Assembly (NCBI RefSeq): GCF_963921235.1
Contig: NC_086097.1
Location: forward strand, 19,408,001-19,472,000
Direction: 5' to 3'
DNA from: Mobula hypostoma
Lineage: Eukaryota
Length of the DNA stretch: 64,000 nucleotides
In this document: positions 26,253-39,125 of the stretch, one piece after another
Layout: each line of letters opens with the position of its first letter
How positions within the stretch are numbered: position 1 is the first letter of the stretch
Made by a program: the position numbers and the translations under genes
The notes under the pieces: model-generated
Told to the model about the DNA's origin: nothing
Seen by the model: the letters and a program-made list of their open reading frames with translations, nothing else
Databases searched by the model: none

Positions 26253-26490
26253 AACACGAGGTTCTGCGGATGCTGGACAACCACCCTCATTCCATTTTCC
26301 CACCACCTTAACTGAGATAGAGTTCCCCTGGTCCTCACATATCACTCCATAATCCTCCACATCTGACAATGGCTGCCATGTTCAACGGGACCCTACCACC
26401 AAACACATCTTTACGTTGGCTGTTCATTCATTTCCATAGATGCTGCCTGACCTGCTGAGTTCTTCCAGCATTTTGTGTGTGTTGCTCTAC
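26253..26490. mobile_element. Penelope-like fragment with an inverted terminal piece
   Basis: Minus-oriented end aaacacgaggttctgcggatgctgga, then plus-strand gatagagttcccctggtcctcacatatcac ([10 protein letters not shown]) and the family tail gatgctgcctgacctgctgagttc. Confidence 0.7.
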
Positions 26491-26492
26491 GG

Positions 26493-26557
26493 CAGGGTTT
26501 CCCAACCTTTTTGATGCCATGATGCCATCAAACAAGGGGTCTACGGTTGGGAACCTC
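26493..26557. mobile_element. hAT-type MITE (second copy of the 39252 family)
   Basis: cagggtttcccaacc...ggttgggaacc termini; the body aligns with the reverse complement of 39252-39331. Confidence 0.65.
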
Positions 26558-29500
26558 TACTCCACAGCTTTATAAAGCTTCACAAAACCTCCCAACTCTC
26601 GAACTCAGTTTCTTTAGGTTTGCAGGGAAGGAGATTAAAGGCAAGGAAATTATATGCCTTCTCTACCACACTATCAACCTGTGTAGGCACTTGCTATTTC
26701 TAAGAAGGCTCCAAGTGGAACGCCTAAAAAGATTTTCAGAGAGAAGGCATTTACTACTCGGGGTACAGAGAGGCAAGACTGCGCAGGCGCGTGACATCAG
26801 CCAGTAGAGAGCGGGAAGAGTTTAAAAAGAAGATTGCCATATACAGCGGGCAGCGTTTGGAGCAGGCAGTGGAGTGAGAGTGTAGCAGAGTGAGAGGGCT
26901 TTGGCTCAAACGGGGCTTCGGCGAAGAACTGATACGCTAAAATTCACAGATAATAGTCTTCGACTTCCCCAGTGGACTCTTCCCTTTCTCCCGTGGTCCT
27001 CTCCCACTAACATCCGTTGCTCTGATATGGCAGGTGAGCTCAGATCCGTGCCATGCTCCTCCTGTGACATGTGGGAACTCAGGGAGACTGACAGTGTCCC
27101 TGAAGACTACGTGTGCAGGAAGTGTGTCCAGCTGCAGCTCCTGATAGACCGCATGGTGGCACTGGAGCTGTGCGTGGACTCACTTTGGAGCATCCGAGAT
27201 GCTGAGAAAGTTGCGGATAGCAAATTTAGTGAGATGGCCACACCGCAGTTTAAGGATCTAAGGAAATATAGGGAATGGGCGACCAACAGGAAGAGTAGTA
27301 GCAGGAAGGTGGTACAGGAGTCACCTGCGGTCCAAAACAGATATACTGTACCACTTTGGAGTCTGTTGGTGGAGGTGGTTCATCAGGTGAAGGCAGTAGT
27401 AGCCAGGATCATGGCACTGTGGGTGGCTCTGCTGCGCATGAGGGCAAGAAAAAGAGTAGCGGAGCTGTTGGGGTAGGGAATTCCATGGTAAGGGGAATAG
27501 GGAGGAGCTTCTGTGGCTGCAAACAGGACTCCCATATGGTCTGTTGCCTACCGGGTGCAAGGGTCAGAGATGTCTCGGAGAGGCTGCAGGGCATTCTGAA
27601 AGGGGAAGGTGAGCAGCCAGCTGTTGTGGTGCATGTAGGTACTGACGATATAGGAAGAAAGTGGGATGAGGTCCTACAAGCTGAATTTAGGGAGCTAAGA
27701 GACAAATTAAAGAGTAGGATCTCAAAGGTAATAATCTCATGATTATTACCAGTGCCACATGCTAGCCAGAGTTGGAATAGCAGGATGGCTAGAATGAATA
27801 TTTGGCTTGAGCGGTGGGGCAGGAGGGAGGGTTTCAGATTCTTGGGGCGTTGGAACTGCTTCTGGGGGAGGTGGCACCAGTACCATCCGGACAGTCTACA
27901 TCTGGGCAGGGCTGGGATCAATGACCTAGGGAGATTGTTTGCTAGTGCTGTTGGGGAGGCTTTAAACTAATATGGCAGGGGGATGGGAACCCACACAGAA
28001 GAGAAGAGGGAAGTGATGCAGAGACCAAAGCTAGAGTTAGTGAAGAAAATAGTGAGAGTAGAGTGTATAAAAGTAAAAAGCAAAAATCGCATAGGTCACT
28101 AGATTCTAAAGGACAATGAGTATAAGGGCACTTTATCTAAATGCCCCTAGTATTAGAAACAAGGTTAGTGAACTTGTGGCACAGATCAGTACCAAGGCAT
28201 ATGATTTCGTGGCTATTACAGAAACCTGGTTGCAAGGTGGAGATGACTGGGAATTAAATATCCAAGGGTATCATGCAATACGGAAAGATAGGCAGGAAGA
28301 CAGAGGAGGTGGGGTGGCGCTCTTGATTGGGGATGAGATCAGGGCCGTCGTGAGAGGCGGTATAAGATCTACGGAGCAGAATGTTGAGTCCGTCTGGGTA
28401 GAGGTTTAGAATAGTAAAGGAAAAAAATCACTGGTGGGTGTTGTCTACAGGCCACCTAATAAAAATATTGCAGTGGCAGAGGTGATTAACCAAGAAATAA
28501 TGGAGGCTTGTCAGAATGGAACGGCAGTTGTCATGGGGGATTTTAACTTCCACATAGATTGGATGAATCAGGTTGGTCAAGGAAATCTTGAGGAGGACTT
28601 CATAGAATGCATCCGTGATGGCTTTCTTGAGCAACATGTTAGTGAACCTACAAGGGAAAATACTATCTTAGATCTAGTCTAGTGCAATGAGACAGGTAAG
28701 ATTAACGATCTTGTAGTCAGGGATCCTCTTGGAAAGAGTGATCATAGTACGATTGAATTTCGCATTCAGATGGAGGATGAAATAGTTAGATCTAAAACTA
28801 GTGTATTATGCTGAGACAAGGGAGACTACAACAGGATGAGGGAGGAGTTGGCTAATGTGAATTGGGAGCACAGGTTATTTGGTAGGACAGTTGAGGAACA
28901 GTGGAATACTTTCAAAGAGATTTTTCACTGTGCTCAAAAAAAGTATATTCCAGTCAAAAGTAAGGACAGTAAGTGTGGAGAGAGCCAGCCTTGGATAACT
29001 AAGGAAATAAAAGATAATGTCAAATTAAAAGCTCGTGTACAAAGTCACAAAGAGTAGTAGGAGACTGGAGGATTGGGAAAACTTTAAAAAGCAACATAGA
29101 ACAACTAAACAAGAAATAGGGAAAGGGAAGATAGAGTATTAAAGTAAATTAGCACAAAATATAAAAACAGATATCAAAAGTTTTTATAAATATATAAAGC
29201 GGAAGAGGATGGCTAAAGTCAACGTACGTCCCTTGGAAGACGGGAAGAGGAAATTGATATTGGATGATAAGGAAATGGCTGAGGCATTGAACGACTATTT
29301 TGTGTCAGACTTCACGGTGGAGGACACGTCTAATATGCCAAAGAAGGATGTTATGAATGAAATGGGAAGTAAGGACCTTGATAAAATCACTGTCACTAAA
29401 GGGATATTGATGAGCAAACTAGAGGGCCCCAGGGTGCTGAAGGAATTGGCGGAGGTTATAGTAGATGTGTTGGTAATCATTTATCAAAACTCCCTAGACT

Positions 29501-30589
29501 CTGGGCAATGGAAGATAGCAAATGCCACCCCACTTTTTAAAAAAGGATGTAGGCAAAGACAGGCAACTATAGGCCAGTTAGCTTAACATCTGTAGTCAGG
29601 AAAATGCTTGAAGCTGTCATTAAGGAAGAAATAGCAAAACATTTAGAAAGGAGTGGTTCCATTAGACAGACGCAGCATGGATTCAGAAAGGGCAGGTCCT
29701 GTTTGGCAAACTTACTGGAGTTCTTTGAGGACATAATGAGTGCAGTGGATAGAGGGGAACAAGTGGATATCATATACTTGGATTTCCAGAAGGCGTTCAA
29801 TAAGGTGCCGCACAAGAGACTTATAAATAAGATACGGATGCATGGAGTCGGAGAAAGTGTATTGGCATGGATAGTGGATTGGTTAACCAATAGAAGGCAG
29901 AGAGTTGGTATAAATGGGTGTTTCTCAGGTTGGCAGTCAGTGGTGAGTGGGGTGCCGCAGGGGTCGGTGCTGGGCCCACAGCTGTTTACCATTTACATTG
30001 ATGATTTGGAAGAGGGGAATGAGTGTAGCGTAGCAAAATTTGCTGATGACACTAAACTGAGTGGAAACGCAAATTTTAGAGGATGTGGAGAGTCTGCAGA
30101 GGGATATAGATAGGTTAAGTGAGTGGGCCAAGGTCTGGCAGATGGAATACAACGTTGGTAAATGCGAGATCATCCACTTTGGAAGGAATAATAGAAGAGC
30201 AGATTATTATTTAAATGGTGAAAGATTGCAGCATGCTGTTGTGCAGAGGGACTTGGGAGTGCCTGTGCATGAATCGCAAAAAGTTGGCTTGCGGGTACAA
30301 CAGGTTATTAAGAAGGCAAACGGAATGTTGGCCTTCATTGCTAGAGAGATTGAATTCAAGAGCAGAGAGGTCATGCTGCAACTATACAGGGTACTGGTGA
30401 GACCGCACCTGGAGTACTGTGTGCAGTTCTGGTCTCCTGACTTGAGGAAGGATATACTGGCTTTGGAGGCAGTGCAGAGGAGGTTCACCAGGTTGATTCC
30501 AGGGATGAAGGGATTAACCTATGAGGAGAGATTGAGTCGCCTGGGACTATACCCTCTGTAATTCAGAAGAATGAGAGGAGATCTTCTAG

Positions 30590-31740
30590 AAACATAGAAA
30601 CATAGAAAATAGGTGCAGGGGTAGGCCATTCGGCCCTTCGAGCCTGCACCGCCATTTATTATGATCATGGCTGATCATCCAACTCAGAACCCTGCACCAG
30701 CCTTCCCTCCATACCCCCTGATCCCCCTAGCCACAAGGGCCATATCTAACTCCCTCTTAAATATAGCCAATGAACTGGCCTCAACTGTTTCCTGTGGCAG
30801 AGAATTCCACAGATTCACCACTCTCTGTGTGAAGAAGTTTTTCTTAATCTCAGTCCTAAAAGGCTTCGCCTTTATCCTCAAACCGTGACCCCTCGTTCCG
30901 GACTTCCCCAACATCGGGAACAATCTTCCTGCATCTAGCCTGTCCAATCCCTTTAGGATTTTATACGTTTCAATTAGATCCCCCCTCAATCTTCTAATTT
31001 CCAACGAGTACAAGCCTAGTTCATCCGGTCTTTCTTCATATGAAAGTCCTGCCATCCCAGGAATCAATCTGGTGAACCTTCTTTGTACTCCCTCTATGGC
31101 AAGGATGTCTTTCCTCAGATTAGGGGACCAAAACTGCACACAATACTCCAGGTGTGGTCTCACCAAGGCCTTGTACAACTGCAGTAGTACCTCCCTGCTC
31201 CTGTACTCGAATCCTCTCGCTATAAATGCCAGTATACCATTCGCCTTTTTCACCGCCTGCTGTACCTGCATGCCCACTTTCAATGACTGGTGTATAATGA
31301 CACCCACGTCTCGTTACACCTCCCCTTTTCCTAATCGGCCACCATTCAGATAATAATCTGTTTTCCTATTTTTGCCACCAAAGTGGATAACTTCACATTT
31401 ATCCACATTAAATTGCATCTGCCATGAATTTGCCCACTCACCCAACCTATCCAAGTCACCCTGCATCCTCTTAGCATCCTCCTCACAGCTAACACTGCCG
31501 CCCAGCTTCGTGTCATCCGCAAACTTGGAGATGCTGCATTTAATTCCCTCATCTAAGTCATTAATATATATTCTAAACAACTGGGTTCCCAGCACTGAGC
31601 CTTGCGGTACCCCACTAGTCGCTGCCTGCCATTCTGAAAAGGTCCCGTTTATTCCCACTCTTTGCTTCCTGTCTGCTAACCAATTCTCTATCCACATCAA
31701 TACCTTACCCCCAATACCGTGTGCTTTAAGTTTGCACACT
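30590..31740 (-). mobile_element. Young CR1 3' fragment nested antisense in the host CR1
   Basis: ORFs 31314-31739 and 30684-31307 encode the RT C-terminus; (catagaaa)n tail; nearly identical to 57234-58390. Confidence 0.95.
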
Positions 31741-31760
31741 TTTGAAAGGGATAGATAAGA

Positions 31761-31997
31761 GAGTAGTGGATTTGTGGAATGCTCTGGCCCAGAAGGTAGG
31801 GGAGACCAAGTCTCTGGATGCTTTCAAGAAAGAGATGGATAGAGCTCTTAAAGATAGCGGAATCAAAGGTTATGGGGATAAGGCAGGAACTGGATACTGA
31901 TTGTGGATGATCAGCCATGATCACAGTGATGGCGGTGCTGGCTCGAAGGGCCGAATGGCCTACTCCTGCACCTATTGTCTATTGTCTATTGTCTATT
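31761..31997 (+). mobile_element. Short CR1 3' fragment nested in the host CR1
   Basis: (ctattgt)n tail; 7-bp target duplication gataaga at 31754-31760 and 31998-32004. Confidence 0.88.
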
Positions 31998-32689
31998 GAT
32001 AAGATAGAAGTAGGAAAGTTGTTTCCATTAGTAGGTGAGACTAGAACTAGAAGACATTGCCTCAAGATTCAGAGGAGAAGATTTAGGACGTAGATGAGGA
32101 GAAATTATTTTCCCAGAGAGCAGTGAATCTGTGGAATTCTCTGCCCAGGGAAGCAGTGAGGCTGCTTCACTAAATATATTTAAGATACAGTTAGATAGGT
32201 TTTTGCATAGTAGGGGAATTAAGGGTTATGGGGAAAAGGCAGGTAGGTGGAGCTGAGTTTACGGACAGATCAGCCATGATCTTGTTGAATGGCGGGGCAG
32301 GCCCGATGGGCTGGATGGCCTACTCCTGCTCCTATTTCTTATTTTTTTTTTAATTATTTATTTTTGTACGATCTTGATGTACTGTGCAACGATCAGCGTG
32401 CATGCTGTATCTCAAAATAAAATAAAAATAAAACATTTTAATTATATATCAGTACATGTGACAATAAGAAACAACTTACAAATTTAAAGCAAATTCTATA
32501 GCAACTTTCTAAATGGAATGAGGTAAATGGTTGACAAGGAATAAGAACTTTACAGGGCTGTGTTCAAACAAGCAGACAGCAGGGTGAATTTGACAACTTG
32601 ACTGCAGAGCCAGCACAGCGATGGTGGACATATTGGCCTCCTTCTCTGCTGTCTCTTTCTGTATGAGTCCAGATTAGGCAGTGAGTGTG

Positions 32690-33130
32690 AAGGAATAAAA
32701 GTTGACAAGTCAGGCATAGCCCTTCCAACTAAATTGCTGCGAATCACAATTTTAACTTTTAATCTCAATTAGTGACAAGCTCCTCGTGGTTTTATGTTCA
32801 TTTCCTTTCTGTGTTAAACTCAGATTGTGTAATTTTGTTTTCACTTGTCCCAGTAAGCCCTGACAGCCCTATAATTTGTCAAGAGCGTTTCTTCTGCGCT
32901 AACACAGGAGACGAGGCAGGCGGAGCAGATTTCCTCCCGCCCATTGCAAACCAAGTGCTCACTAACACCCCTCCAGCTGTCAATCAAGCCTCCAAAGTGT
33001 AGGTAATGGAGCTTGTGGCCAGCACCATGCCACAATGACTAAGACCAAACAGCCGTCGGCACTTGGCTGCTGAGGAGCCCCTAACCAGTTCTTAAAGAGG
33101 AACGCGTCGCCAACAAAGGCAAAACAGATT
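32690..33130. promoter_or_regulatory. Candidate enhancer / conserved non-coding element
   Basis: Repeat-free island with CTGTCAATCA (reverse complement TGATTGACAG, the PBX-MEIS/PREP decamer) at 32977-32986, TGACAG at 32861 and several TGACA/TAAT sites. Motif evidence only. Confidence 0.35.
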
Positions 33131-33396
33131 TCTTCTGCATTGTTGCTCTCACTGGGACCCTCATCCTTTAGAAGTGTAAACTCTCACTATGTGGCTGTAC
33201 AGTGCCCTACAGTTCTAAGTCACACACGCTGTCAAAAGTGCAAGATAAGAAAAGCATCTTTTTATTTACAGCACTCCGCACTTCCACTCCAACTCCTTCA
33301 AGTTCAAGTTCATTGTCATTCAGCCATATAATATATACCACCAAACAAGACAGTGTTCATCCGGACAGTACATATAACTCACACACAACAGGAAGG

Positions 33397-33955
33397 TGGT
33401 AGTAGTAGTGGTAGGCCTCCACAGGCCAAGGTCGACCTTGGATGTTGGGTCCTAGCTGTCTAGATACACAAGCCAGGGCAGTACAGTACAGAGAACAAAC
33501 TGTGTCCATTCATCAGGCCCCACCTCTGCACGCATCTGTTCGGCACAAAGGAATGGCGGAGACCAATACAGTTTGGCACCAGTGGCGTCACAGGAGTTGC
33601 CGGCCAGTATTGAACACAATGTAGGACTGCCTTGGGGACTCCAGCTCCAGGTTTTTCCCTCGGGGTTTACTCCCGAAGCCTTCCCCGTGAGTGGGTATTG
33701 GCGCAAGGCAGCGGAGGTTTGAGATCAGAGTTTTCCTTCTCCTAGATGAGCTGCCGACTGGGGCTGACAGGCCCCATCTGCCAGTAACGCACCTTTGCCT
33801 CTTCTCCTGTCAGTAGAAATGGTTCTGCTGAGCTTAGTGTCTCAGCCACAGATGAGGGGCAGGAGCTGGACTGGGTTGTCAGAGGCTATTCGAGCATTTA
33901 CTAGGTCATGGGGACTTATCCCAATTACCACCCCAGTTGTAACAACCTTAAGGAA
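33397..33955 (-). mobile_element. RTE-related non-autonomous retroelement
   Basis: (tag)n tail at about 33400; ggaaaactctgatctcaaacctc and ggagctggagtccc motifs; 5' ttccttaaggttg; a sister copy lies at 53236-53700 (+). Confidence 0.65.
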
Positions 33956-34589
33956 CCACAACAGAAAGGTAAAATCAGCATAAATAAATTAACAAATAAT
34001 AAGGTGCATTTAAAAGTTTAAAAGTAACAGTATGCAGTACTCGTGCTGTCATACTTGGTGAGACCTGGCAGAGAGTTCAGTAGTCTCACAGCTTTGTCAG
34101 TAAGGTAAGATACTATTATACTAAAATACCACTAAGGAAATTTGGCATGTTCCCGAAGCCTCATCAATTTTTATCAATGAACCACAGAAAGCATCTTGCC
34201 CGGATGGCCCAAGAACACAAGAAATTGCAGAGAGTTGTGAATGCGCCGTCCATCACACAAACCGGCTTCCTCTCCATTGACTCGGTCTACCACTGCCAAC
34301 ATAATTATCGACACGTCTGACCCTGATCGTTCTCTCTTCTCCCATCTCCTGCAGACTCACAGGCTCAAAATTCAAAGTACATTTATTATCAAGGTAAGTA
34401 TACATTATATAAACTTGGGATTCATCTCCTTACAGGCAGCCACAGAACAAAGAAACCAAGAATATCGTCAAGCACCCAATGTGCAGAGAGAAATAAAACA
34501 AGTTGTGCAAACAATAAAAGCAAGCAAAGTGTATTTAGAATGAAAACGCGTCCTCAGCCGAGAGCAGCAGAGAGTGGAGTGAACATGCT

Positions 34590-34828
34590 CCCTCTCTGTG
34601 GTCTCTGCTGCCTTCCAACTTTTCGCCCCCACTCCCGCACCTCTGGCTTCACCTATCACCTTCTGGTGATCCTCCTTCTCCTACCCCCCCCCCCACCTTT
34701 TAATTCTGGCATCTTCCTCCTTCCTTTCTAGTCACGGTGAATGGTCTCGGCCTGAAACGTTGACTGTTTATTCATTTCCATAGATGCTGCCTGACCTGCT
34801 GAGTTCCTCCGGCATTTTGTGTGTGTGT
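34590..34828 (+). mobile_element. Penelope 3' region with a decayed hammerhead motif (34729-34766)
   Basis: tagtc acggtga atggtctcggcct GAAAC GTT gactg plus the family tail; the core is mutated. Confidence 0.7.
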
Positions 34829-36699
34829 CGGAGAAGGTACAAAAGCCCGAAAACACTGACCACAAGACTCAAGTAGAGCTTCTGTCCTGCTGTTATCAGA
34901 CTCTTGAATGGACCCCTCATACCCTAAAGATCGACTCTATTCTCCCAAACTACCTAGCTGTGCCCCTTGAACTTCATTTGGCTTTCTACTGTAGGAGCCA
35001 TGCCTCTGTTTTCTATCTGCATTGTGTTCTGTGTGTGCATTTATTACATGTATTATGATATCTAGTCACACGAGTGAGGGAATGATAAAAGCAAAGGGAT
35101 TAAGTTAAGTATTTGTGCTTTGTTCTGGGCAATTTGGAGCTAGGGACTGACATGTCATATCTTTTATTGACCACCTAGTTGCGCTTACTTACACTTAAGC
35201 ACACTTAGGTTTCATTGTTTCCAGATTGTTTGTTTCGCTAGTTGCTAATAAAGGATTGAATATATTTGTTTGACTTTGTGGAACATCATTACTGGAGTGT
35301 TTGAAAGATGCATCATAGAATGATAACAAATCCATGGGGGTCGCCTGCAGCGGCAATTGGTTTGTTAGAATTGGCCGCTACACCTACAACACTATGGCAT
35401 AATCTGTCTGGATGGCATGCATCACAAAAGGTTTTCTTGTCCCTTGGTACGTGTGACAACAGTAAACCGATACCATTAAAACATAAGCTCAGGATGGAAG
35501 TGGAGAATGTACCACGATCAGTGCCCATCCCTGTTTCTGAGCTAACAATAGAAAGAAATCCACTGATAAAGCAGCTGCTTGCATTTGATCTGGGTCCATC
35601 TCTTTTGGAACTCCTCTTGTGTCATTCCAGAGTTGACTTCCATCAGAACATAACCATTTCCCTCTGTGTGAGGTGTCACACTAACTAGTTTCCCACCCTC
35701 CGGCCCCTGATCTCCATTGGTCAGTTCTACCAAGGCTCTTCGATGCCAAATTCCTTTGAAGGCAGGATGATGACTCTCACCTCACCTTGGAAATTGACCT
35801 TTTGTGCTCATCTACAATAGTTCTTAGGACTTGTCAACCAATAATGCTTAGGTATTAACTTGGAAAATCTACAGCATTTCACTTTATGAAACGATGGGGT
35901 CAGATGAGCAAAGTAGGAATACGTGTATCACCACACATTCTGACAGTGGAGATCAAGTACAAGGCCATGAAGCACACTTGCAATCTCTTCACCATTTGAT
36001 ACTAAGTGCTGAGTGGCCCAACTGATGACCCTTAAAGGACAAGTGCTGGCAGCCATGTGCACAGTGCTCAGCAACTTTTGATTTTTGTTTCTGATGGGAT
36101 GAGAACAAGAGGTCTTTCATCTCACACCCCCAGTGAGTCATTCAAGACCCTTCCCTGGGATCACCCACCCAGCTCCCAATATTCACATCTGCCTTAAATA
36201 TGGTCAGTGACACACTGCCCACAGCTCTTGGAGCAAGAGAATTCCAGAGCTTCATGACCCTCCTCACCTCTGTCTTGAATGGATCCCACTTTATTTTCAC
36301 TTGGTAACCCCTTCAGATTTAGATTCCCTCGAAGCTGTTACCAGCTCAGGATGATGCGGGACATAGTAACCAAAATTAAGATAATAATATCGTAAAGAGG
36401 AAATCTAGCTCTCCTCAGCAAGGAAAAAACATTGACAGCTGGTCCTCAATACTACCTAGAGACCCACTGTCACTCTGAATTTCAATCAACCAGGTATCTG
36501 CTCTATTTGTCTAATTTGAATACTCATTGAAAACTTTTCACTGACATTAATTACTCATCAGTTTAGCTGTTTGAGTAAGAATGATGCATTTCACTAACAA
36601 ATTGGCATCATAATTATTCATAGCTACCTTACTCTCCGGCCCATCATTGCTCCCCTTATTCTAATACTGTTTAAACAATCCAGTCATGTTTTCTGAAGA

Positions 36700-37087
36700 T
36701 CTCAAGGGAGAATAATGTCCTTGCGGGCAGGTTTCCTAGAGCTGTCGGAGAGAGTTTAAACTAGATTGACAGAGGAATGGAAACCAGAGTGGCAAGTGAG
36801 AGAATAGACCACTTGCTGTAAAGATAGATGCACTGTGCAGAGAAACTATGAGGAAGAATAGACAGTGGATAGGGCCCAAATACAGTTAGCTGGATGGGTT
36901 GAAATGTGTCTGCTTTAATGCGAGAAGGAACAGGGCAAGGTTGGTGAACTCAAGAGCATTGGTCAGTATTTGGACCTACAATATTGTCGCCCTTACTGAG
37001 ACGTGGCAGGAATGACTGCTGGATCTTCCGGAGTTTAGATGATTCAAGAGGGACAGGGAGGGAGGTAAAAGAGGAGGGAGAGTGGTA
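36700..37087 (+). mobile_element. CR1 fragment (ORF1 end / endonuclease start)
   Basis: gtttaaactagatt ORF1 end, tgctttaatgcgaga (CFNAR), actgagacgtgg (TETW), agggacagggag...ggaggg; parallels 27940-28320. Confidence 0.7.
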
Positions 37088-37957
37088 CAGGTTGAGTACC
37101 CCTTATCCAAAATGCTTGGGGCCGGAAATGCTTCGGATTTTGGAACATATAACAAGATAGCTTGGGATTGCCATCATTTCTGACTGACTTTATGTGCTAC
37201 CAGTAAGGAATCTTTATCTTACACTTGCTCATCACGCATATGTACTTTAAAAACGCAGACAACAGGAATTCTGCAGATGCTGGAAATTCAAGCAACATAC
37301 ATCAAAGTTGCTGGTGAACGCAGCAAGCCAGGCAGCATCTCTAGGAAGAGGTACAGTCGATGTTTCAGGCCGAGACCCTTTGTCAGGACTGACGAAGGGT
37401 CTCGGCCTGAAACGTCAACTGTACCTCTTCCTAGAGATGCTGCCTGGCCTGCAGCGTTCACCAGCAACTTTGATGTGTGTTGCTACACATATGTACTTAA
37501 CTTAATTGTTACATACCATTAATATAATGAAAATATAATGTGTGCAAGGTAGCAAAAGCAGTAACAGCAACATCAGAACCCCTGAATCAGCTGTTGAACA
37601 ACACAAACAACGGCAAACTTTCAGTCTTCACCTACGATGCCATGTTTTGATTAAAAGGTCACAGTACACTGTATTTGTATTCTCCTTTTTTTAGGTTTTA
37701 CGCAAGATATAAAAACAAACAGCATTCTAGACTTGCTCTGGTGTTAGATTGTCATCACGAAGAACTTTGTAAACTTATCAATGAATTTCTCCGCTGTTTC
37801 GTGATCAGCAGTAGTTTTATCTTTAAAATTTTTAAATCTTTGAAAATTTAATGCCATGCCTTTTCTTAAATGCCTGCAACAAGCCTGCTGAATATTCACA
37901 ATTACCTTCAATTTTCAATTCATCGTATTAGAACTTGGCTGGTTTCATGATCAGCAT
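37088..37957 (-). mobile_element. pogo/Tigger DNA transposon relic (Tigger4/MER46-like TIR; Jerky-like transposase fragment)
   Basis: TA followed by TIR caggttgagtacccc-ttatccaaaatgcttggg; minus translation at about 37845-37957 MLIMKPAKF*YDELKIEGNCEYSAGLLQAFKKRHGIKF, a CENP-B-type HTH segment. Confidence 0.8.
37248..37484. mobile_element. Palindromic Penelope-derived insertion with two back-to-back hammerhead motifs
   Basis: Arms 37291-37386 and 37389-37484 (96 bp, 6 mismatches by hand count, 2-nt spacer); TSD acgcatatgtactt 37234-37247 / acacatatgtactt 37485-37498. Confidence 0.9.
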
Positions 37958-38149
37958 AGGGCTAGAAAGTGTTGTATATGGTTTTATCTATATGTAATAT
38001 AATCTCAAGGTTGTAAAGTATACATAATAAAATGTACTTTGAACTTTGAACTTCTGGTAATAATCCTATTTTAATTTGAAACTGTTAATAGTTTATGAAG
38101 ACCTGATTATTGTATAATGTATTGTTGTGTTTGAACTTCTGTTAAAAAA

Positions 38150-39125
38150 AAACAGAATACACAGCTGGGCTGAGAAGTGGCAGATGGAGTTCAATAGTTC
38201 AATCCCAAAAAGTGTGAAGTGATATACACTGGAAAGATGAACTTGAAAGTGGAGTGCAAGGTTAATGACAAGATTCTTAGCAGTGTGGAGGAACAAAGAG
38301 ATCTTGGGTCCACATTCATAAATCCTTCGAAGTTGTTGTGCAAGTTGATAGGATGGTTAAAAGGCATGTGGTGCACATCGGGGGATTGGGTGTAATGTTG
38401 CAGCTTTACAAACTCTGGTTAAATAGAGCTTGGAGTATTATGTTCATTTCAGGTTGCCTCAGTATAGAACGGATGTGGAAGCTTTGCAGAGAGTGCTGTG
38501 GAGATTTACCAAGAGAATAACTTTTGAGGATAGGTTGAAAGAGCTAGGGCTTTTCTCAGAGTGAAAGAAGATGAGAGATGAATTGATGGAAATCTATAAG
38601 ATGATAAGAACCATACACAGAGTGAACAACCAGTGTCTTTTTCTCAGGGCAGAAATGGATAGTACAAGAATGTATAATTTTAAGGTGATTGGAAGAAAGT
38701 ATGGGAGGACGTCAGAATTGTTTTTTACACACACAGGGTGATAATGCATGAAATGCACTGCCAGGTATGTGGTAGAGGTGATTTAGGAGACTCTTAAGGC
38801 CAGTTCATTGGCTATATTTAAGAGGGAGTTAGATATGGCCCTTGTGACTAAAGGGATCAGGGGGTATGGAGAGAAGGCAGGTACAGGGTTCTGAGTTGGA
38901 TGATCAGTCATGATCATACTGAATGGCAGTTCAGGCTCGAAGGGACGAATGGCCTACTCCTGCACCTATTTTCTATGTTTCTATGTTTCTTACATAGGCA
39001 GGAAATAAAAATGGAGGTCTATGTGGCAAAGAAGTATTAGATGGATCTTGGAGTAGATTAAAAGGTCAGCAGAACACTGAGAGCTGAAGAGCCTGTACTA
39101 TGCTGTAATGTTCTACAGTAGGTTC
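38150..39125 (+). mobile_element. Old CR1 3' fragment with a nested young CR1 tail (about 38798-38990)
   Basis: gctgagaagtggcagatggagttcaat (AEKWQMEFN); the nested piece ends (tttctatg)n and matches the 30590/57234 family. Confidence 0.85.

Larger units (their letters stand above)
26735..32345 (+). mobile_element. Near full-length CR1 LINE (5'UTR, ORF1 zinc finger + SGNH esterase, ORF2 endonuclease-RT), inactivated, with two nested CR1 insertions
   Basis: ORF1: CSSCDMWE...YVCRKCVQLQLL, GNSMVRG...CLPGARVRDV...VVVHVGTDD. ORF2 from 28116: LYLNAPSIRNK, AITETWL, MGDFN, YLDFQKAF, GVPQGSVLGP, KFADDTK, LVRPHLEYC. 3'UTR ends cctactcctgctcctatttctt. Confidence 0.95.
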
